A DNA stretch of 64,000 bases, taken from NCBI GenBank assembly GCA_000934665.2, contig KZ538061.1, positions 1 through 64,000 on the forward strand. The letters run 5' to 3'. This document shows, in pieces, positions 46,101 through 59,006 of this stretch. Each line of letters starts with the position of its first letter. Position 1 is the stretch's first letter. The stretch is from Catajapyx aquilonaris (Eukaryota). Position numbers and translations under genes: made by a program. Below the pieces are notes generated by a model that was not told where the DNA came from, did not search any database, and saw only the letters and a program-made list of their open reading frames with translations.

Positions 46101-49100
46101 AGGTGATAATCACTTGCGGAGATATTGTCACCTATTGTCTTATGGTCGCGATGGCTCCATCTGTACTTTAGCATCAAACGCACCGCCCATTGTCACAAGT
46201 CCCTGCCACTCAGCAAGTTCACTGACTCCCGCGTGCACAAACCGTCATTTATTGCCTAAAAAGAGCACCTCGTCAATAGGATCCACCTGAAAATGGAGCC
46301 CTCCGGTTGAGTATCCTTTGTATAAGCCCCTCCTATAAAATAGAAAAAAAGGGCCTTTGAGCACTGACCCTTGCGAGTTGTCAATGGAACGAGTGCAGCC
46401 AGGCAAACGAAACAGTACCCTCAATTTGGCAGAAAGAGCCTGCCGCTTGTGTTTCCAGCACAGTTCTCGTGCACGTCTGAGCGAGTAGTATGAATCGGAC
46501 GAGGGAGGCCTACAACATATAAACCTACCCCCACAAATGTACCGAGCCGCTTTGAGAGCACAATATACTGTAATATTTCACTATCTCCCCCTCTCTTCAA
46601 ATGGGATAATTGCGCCTGGGCCAACTTGCAGAGAAGGTTAGCAAAGTGACAAGAGCAGACTATCGATCCAGGGAGGGTTGGCTTTTAAAGAAGACGTTTC
46701 TTTAGGCAGATGCGCGACACTAACGCCTTTTTTTATAATGGACAGGAGCTGCAAATCGCCACATTTCTCCATGTACTGTACTCAGCAGAATACCAGTTGA
46801 ACATAGTAACCAGATTGTGTGTCCGGATAACGCTCGTGATGGGGAAGTGTGATGTCGAAATGCTTTAAGTGTTAATTTAATTGCTTTCAAAAAGATTTAC
46901 AATTTTCAAACAGGCGACACTGTTGCCATTGTAACGTCAGTAGGTGTAATTTTCTAAGAATACTTTTATACTACCCTGCAATGTCACGCACCGTAACGTT
47001 CGTCAATGCCGTGACGTGACACTGTTCCCGTTACATAACCCAGCACTCTTGTCCACCAATAATCTTTGTCCCTCCTCCACAAACCCCGCTTACTTTATTA
47101 AATCTTCCTGAGCACTACGGCATCCCAGTTGGGCTGCTATTACGGAAATTGACGCAGTTTGCCGCTGTAAAGGGGGAGGTGGGGTGGAGGGGAAAGGAGC
47201 CCCCCCCCCCCCCCAAAAAAAAGGGAGAGACGAAGAAAAAAAATGGGAGGAAGGAAAAGGCGGAAAGACGTGCCATAACTTGAGCCCAACCCGGCGTGAC
47301 TGACATCCATATGGCACTAGGAGCTAATTCACTTGCGCTCACGTACTTCCACCAATCAGAAGCATGAAAAGGTACACACACCAGCCGAAGAAGCGTTAAT
47401 TTCCTAACGTTGTAGTCAAGGCAACCGCCGTCTTCGATTATTACTACAGGAACTGCGTCATTACCAGGACGCGGACGGAATTTCCTCATCCTGGAATGTA
47501 GATAACCATTCAGGCCGGGGTGTCAAGCGGGGTTATCGCCATCGCAGGCGCTATAGGGACATTCAGAAAAATATGTCACGAAAAATTCAGAGGTGGGCAA
47601 AATCCAATTTATGTCAGGCGTGGAGGTGACAGTGGACAGCTTGCTTTACTCTTTCAAGTCGATGTCCCCCCAACCTGTCGGAACTCGAGTGGCATGGAGG
47701 TAATACGTGCCAAAAGGGATCTCGAGTTGAAGTGATGCAGCCGGTTGAACATAACGACAGCTCGGCAAAAAGAAAAGCAATTTCGAAGAATGTCTTGCTA
47801 CCGAGCCATCTGGCCCGACTGAGACAGATAAAAAAGGGCTGACCATGAGGAGTCATTATGGAGGTGTGCTATATATGAGACCTGACAAAATTAGGCAAAA
47901 CTCGTTATAGACTCCATAAGCACTTAAGCATAAGCTATGAAAAGAATACATTGTAACATTTTCTAATGAACCGTTCACCTCCACAAATTTACATTAGAAA
48001 TCAATTACTTTTGATCAAAGGCACCCAGACTTTTTCCTCAAACTTTCTTGGCCCGTGACAATACTCAAAAGTGTGCACCAACTTTTCTATTACAGCGCAA
48101 CTGTCGGGTTGGTCTCTGCCAGCCTTTCCACACCACCTGGAACCCTTGAAGGATTTTCAATTTCGTAGAGACGTTCTTTCCCTCGTCTCCTAAGGAGAGC
48201 AGATGATGTATGTAATGAACATTTATTATTTCGGTCCCAGTTCCCATAAAGAAGGGTTTGACGAATGAGTCCAACGCCTTCGCGGCTTCAAAAGAGAGAA
48301 GAAGAAGAAAAAAAAGAAAGGTGCTATCTAGATCAGTTATTCATCACAAGTTGGCTTGCTTAATCGGTGGAGCTTCCGTTTCGGCAAAGTGCTTCCAATA
48401 TGATGGAGGACTCGAGACGCAGGTCGTTTATTTCTACAAGTCTGGGGTGCCTCCGCATTCATATTTCATTCTCTGTGCACAACACAGCTTCCGTCACTTT
48501 CCTTTCCAGAATCGGGCGGGATCGGATATGCAAATACCGCAGTTCACAAATTCCTCAGCGGGTCGTAGTGGGGCCCCCCATAAGACTCCCGCAGCGATTC
48601 CAATACCTCTAGAGTGCGTAAATCAGCACGTTATCTGCCCTCCTGTCCGGAGAGGGCACCGAAAAAGAGGCTGGATGCAAACCCTGAATTTGAATCAGGA
48701 TTGGAAAACATGCACCGCAATCAATCACTTTCCTCCTGGAAATTAGGCAACCTCGCCTCGACATGTATACCACCTTTTTGCAGGCCCATCGTGCTTTGGA
48801 AGTGCCACTTTCGCAATCATTACACCCGATTGGTCGCTGACGGTCTCTTCAATGAGTATAGGCCTCTGTATGCAAAACGACCCTTCTTCCCCCTACCCTC
48901 AGGTTGGAACCCTCTTGTAAATTATTGGAATAGAAAAAGAGGGGGATCTGGGATTGAGCCATTTGGCTCCTCCCTTGCGTACTGCAGGCGGCCAGATGCA
49001 TCGCGTGGTATGGCACACACACACACGCAAACGACAGGTTGGCAAAGATGAGGCGACACTCTTTCTTTCCTCATGGCCAACACTATACCATTCACGCCCC

Positions 49101-52100
49101 GGAAAATATCCCCCCCACCANCCCCCCCCCTTTAGAAGATTAAAAATCTTTCCCCACAAGAATGTGACCATGGTCCTATCCATTTCCCGGAGGACTCGGC
49201 CCGTGAAAAGTGCGCTATAAACCTCTTCATTAAATTGGAACATTGGTGGTGTGACCCTTTTCCAGCAGTGATTCTTTTCGCTCCCTATTTTTTTTCTTGG
49301 AGCTTTCTCTCTAGGCTGGCTAGCCATAAAGTCCAGAAGTACCACCATTTGGTCGGCGTATGCTGAACCGACACTAAAATGGTACAGATGTGCCACAGAA
49401 TCGCGGAACTGTATTGTATAAATATTGATCTATGTAACCCGAGATGTAACCCGCACCAGAAATAGACCAACCTGGGCGTGTTCCCACCAAACTCGGCGAA
49501 AAATAAACATAATTATCCTTCCTCCTCTATATACTGCAATATGACTGATATGAGCTCACCCATATGCAGGCAGGCTAGCAACCAGTTGTTGCGTTCATAA
49601 TGACATTTTCTGCTATTCTCTAATATCGAAGTCATTATTATTTCCACTCTTTCTCCAATTTAAGTGTAGGAAACTTGGGCAGTACACCACCCTGTACATG
49701 CCTCAATAATCCACGCTAATACATGGTACCGTACAAGCATCAATTCACAACCTAGTAAACACCAGCAGATAAACCCCACGTGCAAAGTACGTAGATGGCA
49801 CCCCAGGACATCTAATCGCACAGGCAGTAACTCATAAAATCCGAGTCGGAAAAAAAACCGCCCGCAACACTTGGGACCATCCACTTATCACTGCCTCCGA
49901 AACGAGACTGCATGTAAGTCGTAGATGAGATAGCTCAATCTCACAAAACAGGGCTATGAATCACAGTCCCGTCACAACGAAAATCCTCCCTAGAAACCCC
50001 GCCTTTGGATCAATCTCAACTTTTGCAGGCGGCCTCGTTTGCTCTTTTTTTTTTCTTCTTCTTCCCAGCACCTTCTTCCTTCTTCTTATGTCCTCCTCGT
50101 CAAGTCCATTGCCACCTGGGTCTGACGTCCGTCCAAATGCCCATGCATCCATCACCGCCTCCTTTTTCAGTTGCCCAGGGATTTGGCCAAGTCCGGGACC
50201 GCGGCCAAGACCCAATGTCTCAAACACCGCCGAGCATTGCTCTCCGATGAACAGTGTCCCGATTTGTCGTTTTCGACTCCATCTCTTCTCCCCTCCTTTT
50301 CCAACCAGCGAGGCGGTTCCCAGACGTGCCATCCAGTATATGGGCACTCCCGAAGGGGGTTGTCGTGACGGGTATAGACACTGTAAGTATGGTACTACCA
50401 CTATCCATGTGGGAGTTGGTACTTTTTCAGTTGACGTCACAGGGTCCGATGCGCAACATGTACGGTGTTTATGGGTCCGGCCGAATTGAAATTGCGGGCT
50501 CTAAACCCGGTGACAGCGTCAATGAATTCTCTTCACTTCCCATAATTACCGGTGTCGTAAATCCACGGTAATGTAATGTGGCGTGGGATAAAGCAGGAGC
50601 CTTTGTGTAATCACTCTTGTCCACGCTCCTGTTATCAATAGAAAAATCCAATTCGTCCTTGCCCTAAGCCAAACATATGATCGCATATAGATACATGCTG
50701 TAGGAACATGGGAAACAGTGAGTTACGCGATAGAAGCCGCCAGTTTTTAGGCCAATTTGAGGCATTTACTTCAAACTTTGACTTGGCTGCACTATATAGG
50801 TATGCGGTATACTACATGTAAGTTATCAACATTTGGTGCCCGCTGGCATTTTTAGTGAGTGTTTCGTGTTCAAAACAATTTTCATGGCTTACAACAGTAT
50901 ATGAGGAATATGATAATAACATTGCGCGCCGTAATGACATACAAAAAATATTGTGAAAGTGGATTTCGCCTTCGATGTGCTGTACAGTACAGCACAGTAT
51001 ACACTCGGGAGCGCGTGAGGCAATTTGAGTTGCCAAATAGTCAGACTTTTTACACACATTCTCATGCAGCTCTTTTTTTTTTAATATGACAGAATTAAGT
51101 AGGCCTATAACAGGATCGAAATGCTGAAACAAGAACAACGTACTGTACCTCATTCAAAGCGCAATGAAAACAACGAAAAAGTGCTGCTGGCAACACAAGC
51201 GCTTTGAATTATACAGTACAAACATTAATTCTATGAACCAGTAGGCATATGCAACATACATGCTGCATAAAATGGCACAAAAGGCTCCTTACGGTGACAA
51301 AAAAACTAGCTAATTCAACGCGCATTTTTCCTGTCCCCTTGACACTCTAATTAACCCCTCTTACTACTTCAGTATCTAATTAACACCGCTACGAGGACAC
51401 TGTGTCATCTTCTAACAACCCACCCCAACCCCCTGCAGCCAGAATGAAATTTTTCAACCCCNCCCCCCCGAATGATTTTGTAATAACACAACTCCGGTCA
51501 CAAAGCAAGGACCTTACCCCCACTGTTTGAAGTTCAAACAATACGCCAGGTTGAGTACATGTCCTAAGCCCGGTTTGTTTGGATGCACCCCCTCTACCCT
51601 TCTGATATTCAGTAGCGCAAGCGTGTTGTCAACCCTTTTCGTCGTTACACGTCTCGCCTCCTAATGCAACTCCATGCTAATTAAATTCATGCCAGATCGA
51701 TCAAGAATTTCGCGTTTCACAACCCAAATTGAAAGACAAGCGTCAAGGTGTGTCAAGTCTGCCAGATTTCCGTTGCAGAGAATTCAAGGCATGAGACGCA
51801 CGTCTAAGAACAGCGGGAAGTCAATAACGAGTTCATTATGCAAGTAGTGTGCAAATATTTTGCAAAATGTCCCTCTAATTTTTCAAAATGTCAGGCACCT
51901 CCCCTCCTTTTTTTTAAAAAAAAAACCTGTGAATAATGAAACCAGTCCGGAAAGTAGGTCAGGCCCCTCCTTTCAATCCTTCTATTCATTCTCCTCTTTT
52001 CTTCTACTCCATTTTGACCAATAACGATCTCCTGGTGACGCAAATTACCTCACCGACTCTGCAAAAATGGGGGGGCCTAGGTCATAATGAATCGCTGTTT

Positions 52101-52697
52101 TTTTTCACTCTCCTTCTTCCAAGACCTTGTAACCGAAGCTTCCTTAGGGCGATATCCAGTTATAATTTTTTTTCTTCTTTTTAGTCGTTCGCGTGAGACG
52201 GAAACTTTTCATCACGAAAAGCTACTTGAGCGATGCCGCTTCGTGTCGGCAACAAAAGGGTTCATATTGCCCTTTCATGTTCCCAGGGCTGAATGTTGCT
52301 CTTAGGGGACGAATCAGCGGCGTCGTTTTGTTCCGGAAGCTGCTCACGTTGTCTTCCGTCATAATTACAGAGAGAGAAATTATTATGCGCTGCCGGAAAT
52401 GGCGGAAAAAGTTTCGGAGAAGAAACATTGTGCTTGCAAAAAATAAGGCGAGAAATGGTCCCAGCCGAATGGCATTCAACCGAAAGGGAACCAAGTAGTA
52501 GATATGATAACACTGCGTTGCGGAAATGGGTTTTTGCTAATTAAGATATCTGAAAAAAATATGGAGTTGAAATTGTCACCGGTCAAGTCACCAGAAAATT
52601 CCACTGTCGCTCTCATTTTATTTCAACGAGAAAGCAATAACACACAGCTAAATAGCAATTGCAAACAAATCACATCACTATAACACTGCTTCACCAG

Positions 52698-52768
52698 TGC
52701 GCAATGATAATGCGCAAGGGCTATGCGCAATTGCGATGCGCAGTGGTCGTGCGCAGTAACAATACGCA
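52698..52768. repeat. 13-bp-period array of TGCGCA cores
   Basis: TGCGCA at 52698, 52711, 52724, 52737 and 52750, and TACGCA at 52763; the 7-nt spacers differ. Confidence 0.8.
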
Positions 52769-55700
52769 ATCCGCGGCCATACTGGCGCAGATTATCGGTT
52801 CACTGAAATTCGACCGAACATTCCTCCCCATAAACCTGGAATCTTACTTGCTGGCACATTTCTGTGCCTCATTTTGCAAACGCCAGCGTAACAGAAAAGC
52901 AGCGGAATCTTTCCCGTCGCCCATAAAGGCGCGCGGCATTCAGCGACTACATCCGTCCTGCTACAAATAGCCTCTCCAGAATCCGACCTATGTGTACCAC
53001 TTCTTTTTTGTGCCCACGTGGGTCATTCTTTTCAACCCATGCTGATGGAATCTGCCTGCATGTTCGGAGCAGGAATTTTTAAACAAATCGACGCCGTTTG
53101 GTTCAGAAAAGGTCAAGAGCAATGAATATGGCGTGATTAATAATTCTCACGTCATTTCCATTAATCCTATTCATTGCTTTCTTTTCGAGTTCATTTGTAC
53201 CGTTCGTGATTCAGGGACACACGTCAATGTTAGATTATTCGACCGCTTTTGCGTTGAATAACGTCCCAAAATAACTGACGAAGCGGGGGTGAGGGTTGGG
53301 GGTGGTAATACGTCATACATTTTGAACTATACAAGGTGGTACACCCTGCACCCTGCTGTGGTGTCTTATACTCAGACAAAGCACCTCCCAAGTGCGGCAT
53401 GCCATTTCGACCTCTGCAAGTGAGCAAATTCACTTGTGAGTGCCAGGCCTCTTGGGCACAAGTCCTCGACGCGTCTGCAAATCCCAAGCAAGACGATTCC
53501 ACCGCACCAGCTCGACTTGGGTAAACCTCGACTAGTACCCCTCGGAGACCGCATGTCTCATTCTCCCACAGCCAAGACTATTCTCCTGTAGAATTGGCTA
53601 CCGACGCTTGAAAGAAACCAATTGTTACTTGTCCTCAACCCCAAATGAATTATTACGCAGCGAGCAAAGCAACAGCCTCTAGATTGGCAGTATTTCCCAT
53701 TATCCCTCCAGAAAAATGCCTCAATCGCCTGCCCGGAATTATTGATGCCTCTTCCCCTCCCGTAATATTGCCCTTTTTTCGATAGATTCCGACCATGTTA
53801 TTAATAATTCGTTGGCATCGGCCAATCTGATGTGGCAGCATACCACGTCTGACCGACTCCAATTTATACCTTGGGAAAGTGCAAGTAATGAGGAAGGCTG
53901 AGGGTGCTATATTAGACTGTCCATACGTCAATCCTAGTCCCCTATAACACTACATTCTTCCCAGCTCGAGATAGACTCCCCACTCCGTGAAAATTAGCGG
54001 TCATAACTAGCATCCGAGTCCATGGGAAGGCGATAAATTGCCGGCTGTGACGACCGCTTTCCCAATATTGGTTCTGAATATTTCCCCCCAAGGAGACCTT
54101 CGCAAGGATGTAAAGGGAGGGTGGAGGAATTTTTCAGAGGGCTTCGGTTTCCAATGAACCATAAACTGTGCTCGATCTGACCGCACATCATCCGGGAAGG
54201 TATTGGGATTAAAGAAGGTAAGAGATTGAAACTGACGTGGTATGTTGCTCTGTTAAAATGGCGCTGAATACAACTGTCCCCAAAAAATATTAAGAGCGAC
54301 AAACCTTGCATGAAGACTTCCATGGCCGTCCTTGAGAATGATACGGGATGAGATGAATCTCGTGACACAACGGCCCGCATGTAGTTTCGTGATAACGGTT
54401 TATTGTTGCTCATAAACTACTGTAATATCAAGGTTTACTGTCGCAACGATTTATTTGCTCTACTCGCAACAAAGATCCAACAGAACTTTTTTACTTTCCA
54501 CTCCATCCCAACAACAAATTACGCAACGTGCAAATCGGTTGCAAAATTATATGATTCGGATTGATCCAAATCCCACACCACACCTGGGCCGAACCAATTT
54601 ACGTATTTCCACTAAAAACTAGGTCATCTAGAAATGCAGCACGCAATGTACGCTCACACGCTTGCCAATCCTGTTAATGTTCTAGCTATCTGGCTCCAAA
54701 ACTTCATATGCAAAAATCTTTCAAAAAAATATTCGAAACGCGCACTAACTAACTAGAGCAAATTTCTAAAATTGTGTTCCAAGCCGGGCCCAATTTGAAA
54801 CATTTATGAATACGTTACATAAATCTAAACCCTCCCAAGGTACCTTCTGAAATATGGTGCTTATTCCCCTCATTCCCCTCATCCCGACCCTTATCCACCA
54901 AAGCCAACTTAAGCTATGGATTATGTCATGGCTGGACGCCGCCCGTTGTGATAGAGGTAAACAGAAACTTCAGGATAACGCATCATTTAGCACCCTCAAA
55001 TACCAGTAATTAACTCCTTCCACTGGGTGTCATCCTACAGGGAAGTCAATGTCCCCAATCCCCATCATCACCAATTCAATCAGGCCTAGACTTCCCTCAG
55101 CGATTTTCATTGGTGATCGTTAGGGCGTCCCAATCCTCGCTTGTTGCGGGTACATCATCAACGCAATATCAAACTCCCCTCGTGCCAAATGACCCACGAC
55201 AACTACACGAGTCCCCGCGAAAAAAAAAAACTTATTCGGAACCAAATAATTCGCTAGCTGGTCTCCCCCTTCACGCTTCGACTACGTGGCGCAGCTGCTT
55301 CCTCAGCTATTTCCATAAATCGCCCATAAGCGTTTATTGGTTCCGCAGCACCCTGTACCCCCCTTTTCTATTAGTGCTCCAAACGGCTGCGTAATGAACC
55401 GAATCAAAATAGACACACCTGATTCTTATACTTGCAATAGGCGCACATGTTGAACCGGTTTTTGGCAGTGCGAACACACTTGTGGTCGGCACATGGTGCG
55501 CAGCTGGCATTTTTACAAATATTTCCTCAAAAATGGGGCATCAGTACAACTGTTTTCTATACTAGAGGTACGGTATTCGCATTTCGATTTTCTTGATACC
55601 CCCCAAAAAAGTTCCCCTTTAAATAAAAACTAATTCACAGGTTCACTTCCTTCCCCGACTCTCCCTCCAGCTTGTTCCCCCGAGGACCTCAGACCTACAT

Positions 55701-58700
55701 CAAAGTTTTATTTTCTAATTCCGGGACCCAAGTAGGAGTCCGTGGCTGGTCCTGAAGCCAGCTATCTAATGCCGAGGCCCCCTGGAAAAGCAGAGCTATA
55801 AACGTCGCGCCGAGGCAAGCCCAGCCACGGATCACTGGGCCATAGATCCAAGGCACAGACACGGCCAAAAGTAATTAGCCCCCTCCTCCCTTCCTACCCC
55901 CTCTATCCTTTGATAAGGGATTGCTTCGGACTCGTTCGTTCGTCGCATCGAATCGAGGGCTTGTTTGCCGGTCCGGATTGCCTTTGGTTTCAGCGAGGGG
56001 ACCAGGCCGCAAAATGCTAACGCCATCCGGATCATCGCCGGTCTGGTTTGCGGACTATTTAAATGCGGTCTGAATTCCGACCGCCCTCCTCCCTATCTTC
56101 TCATTAGATCGCATTGACTGAAAACACCGGCTATTATGGGGCAAGCCCTGGTTATTCAATTGACGGGCGGGTCTGACAGTGTGTATATGCACATACAAGA
56201 GGGGGCTGAGCCCTCTGCACGGTTATATTGAATGTGGACATATTTATTACTCGGTGAATAATAATACCCTCAAACGGCTTTTTGAAATGATGGGACCAGA
56301 TTGGCATGATGTGATCTGGGGCAGAATCGAGGTCAGCCTTGGGTCTGTCAGCAGCTGTAGCACAATTTTCCCTATATATACATTAGCATTAAAATCAACA
56401 GAACACAATTACAAGCACAAAACTACATGTGCAGGAATACTCCTCAACAACTGTTTCATTGATGGCAACGCCCGGATGCTCTGGCAATTTATAATCGACA
56501 AATGTTAATACCTCAAGTATCACATGCTAGCATTGGCAAAATCATTACCAAATTAATATTTCTCCATGCATATTGCACGGGATAGGGAACCGAAAACCAG
56601 TAATTAACCGGCGTTGTCAGCAAATTCACGTTCATTACAATGCCCAGCCTGTGAATAATCATGTGCATGTATATCGCATAAATCACTCAACAAATCAAAC
56701 CGCATCCGGGTTATGCATTTATATAGGAGAGAGGTCCGTTATCAAAAACAAGGCGGCGGCATTTGGCGCATTTGCACCCAAACTGCACATACCTTGATAG
56801 TCAACTGACTCCAAACAAACAAAAAAATCTCTTCCATTAACACCAGAAAAAAAGGTGCCAACCATGCCAAAAACAGCTGCATTTCACAGGGCTTTTTGAG
56901 ATAAAAGTTATTATCCCGGAAACATCTCTGGCTCACCCAGGCCCGTATTAGAAAACGCAGCGGGATGTAACCTACGAGACCTAAGGGGAGGCCCAAACCC
57001 TTTTATTTCTCAGCTTTTAAAATTGCATCGACTGCTACAGCCCTCCTGCGAATTGTCCGTAAAAGAAAATGGCAATATCGTCGCCGGGAACGCGTCCGAG
57101 CATACGTATTAGCGACTCTCGCGGGACGCTCCTCTAGTCGTAATTCTGCTCAGGTCGTCTTGGGAAGGACGAAAGAGAGAGAGAGGGAAAAACCTTACCC
57201 ACTTGTCAATTTCCCGAGTGTTTTTAAACATTCACGCTCGAGAGGGGTACTGCAAGAGTGAGAAAAAAAATGGCTCAGCTCTTCATTTCCGTAGGCCCAA
57301 GTGGCGTCCTACAAGACCACTGTGTGAATAATTGAAGCCAATACTTCTTCAGAAGGAACTTTCTCGTTTTAAATATACAGAACCGGGGCAGAACCACTTA
57401 CCCCGCCTTTTTACTGCCCAGTACAAATATGACATATCGGTCCACAGTCCAGTTCAGGCCAATCCAGTCAATACAATGTGTTCAGCATTGAAACAAACAC
57501 AACTTGACAAAATAAACCACCAAACCTAATTAAGTAATGGACTGAAACAGCACAATCCATATTTTCCCCCCGATTGCACTTTTCTAATAACGTTGCTTTA
57601 TGGTCAATATCAGCACCTATCCACTGCTTTTATTAACAGGAAACATTCGTTATTTACGGCTGAAGAAACAATCGGATCGGAGGTGTAGACTGGAGCGAAA
57701 TAAACAATAAAGAAACCCATGTGGCCCACATAAAACGAGCCACTCCAATTTCCAAATCTGAAATAGCCACCGTTTCCTAACTTTTAACGGCTGCATAAAG
57801 AATGTTCCCTACTTTTTTGCCCTTCTTCCGTGATATCCCCAACCCCCAGTTATAAAAATATCGAAATATTCGTCGATAAACAACTATAGCATCCAGACGG
57901 AGGCAGTGACAGTCCGCCTATTTCTGTGAACTTGCTTATGCACGAAAAAAAAGTTCACCTTTTATTATGTGTTCAGAAATGCTCCAGGAAATGCCCTTTG
58001 AACGATTAGGCAGTTTGCGTCGGATTCGTATGCAAATTTGCTCGAGGGCGCCTGGAAAGCTAACTCGGGCTTTTTCCGGCGACGGGGAAGTGCCTATTTG
58101 GAGACAGACCTATACACTCCATGTATTCTGTCGAGCCAAACACATTTATTTACCGTAGAGCCGAGTCAATATATTCCCCCCAAACCATAGAGCTACATGT
58201 TCGAAGCTCCCAGACAGTATGCTGGGTACGTTGGCAATATTTATTCAATTTGTTCCGTCAAAACAAGACTTTCTTGCAATAAAACCAGTCAATAAGTAGT
58301 CACAGGCCGAGCCAGATACCTATATTGACGTCCTTTGGGTGCATTCTGACAAGTTTTCAAGTTGACATGATAAATCGAAATTCCTTCTGACATTGACTCA
58401 CATGTGTAACAGCAGCCGACACCAGCACATTCCGGAAGGTCATACACGCAAACATCTCAAATATTCAACGTACCAACTGGCTCATAAAAATGCACCCAAT
58501 TGTGTACTCGCCACTGCCACGTATTCTCAAAAATATTTATGTAAGACTATTCTATCACATTTTATGCAATATGTTGATATACCATCATCAATTGACGTAG
58601 GGGGCAGCATCTTGCACTTCTGACATTTTGCATTCGTTAGCATGTCCAGACAGCAGACCTAAATGACCTATTTACTTTCAGAATTACGTCCATCAGTCAG

Positions 58701-58975
58701 GTCTCTCCTTCCCATCCTCCAGTAAATCCTGCCAAGAGTTGCTCCAAAAGCCAGCCCAGAAAGGACCCTCACAGAGCAGCCTAAGCAAACACCTGCATCT
58801 CTCAAACATGGTAAAACAATCCTTGGTGGCATTATCTTCGTCCGAAGTCCACCATCTCCATGGATATGGCTGGCCATGAAGGCGTCACTCGGGAGCCGCC
58901 TAAAGCACCCCCCTAACTCCCTAACGACCCTCGATCCCTCTTTCTCATGACGGATGGACACTTTCCAATGCCTCC

Positions 58976-59006
58976 TTCTCTCTCCTTCTCTCTCTCTCTC
59001 TCTCTC
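58976..59006. repeat. (CT)n microsatellite
   Basis: ttctctctccttctctctctctctctctctc. Confidence 0.8.

Noticed and set aside
48258..50571. Several overlapping 140-177-aa ORFs on both strands
   Set aside because: Low-complexity translations, mostly non-ATG starts, no domains; typical of balanced-GC intron DNA.
52968..52990. TAGCCTCTCC resembling the 5' end of miR-282
   Set aside because: Only about 10 nt match and no precursor hairpin is visible.
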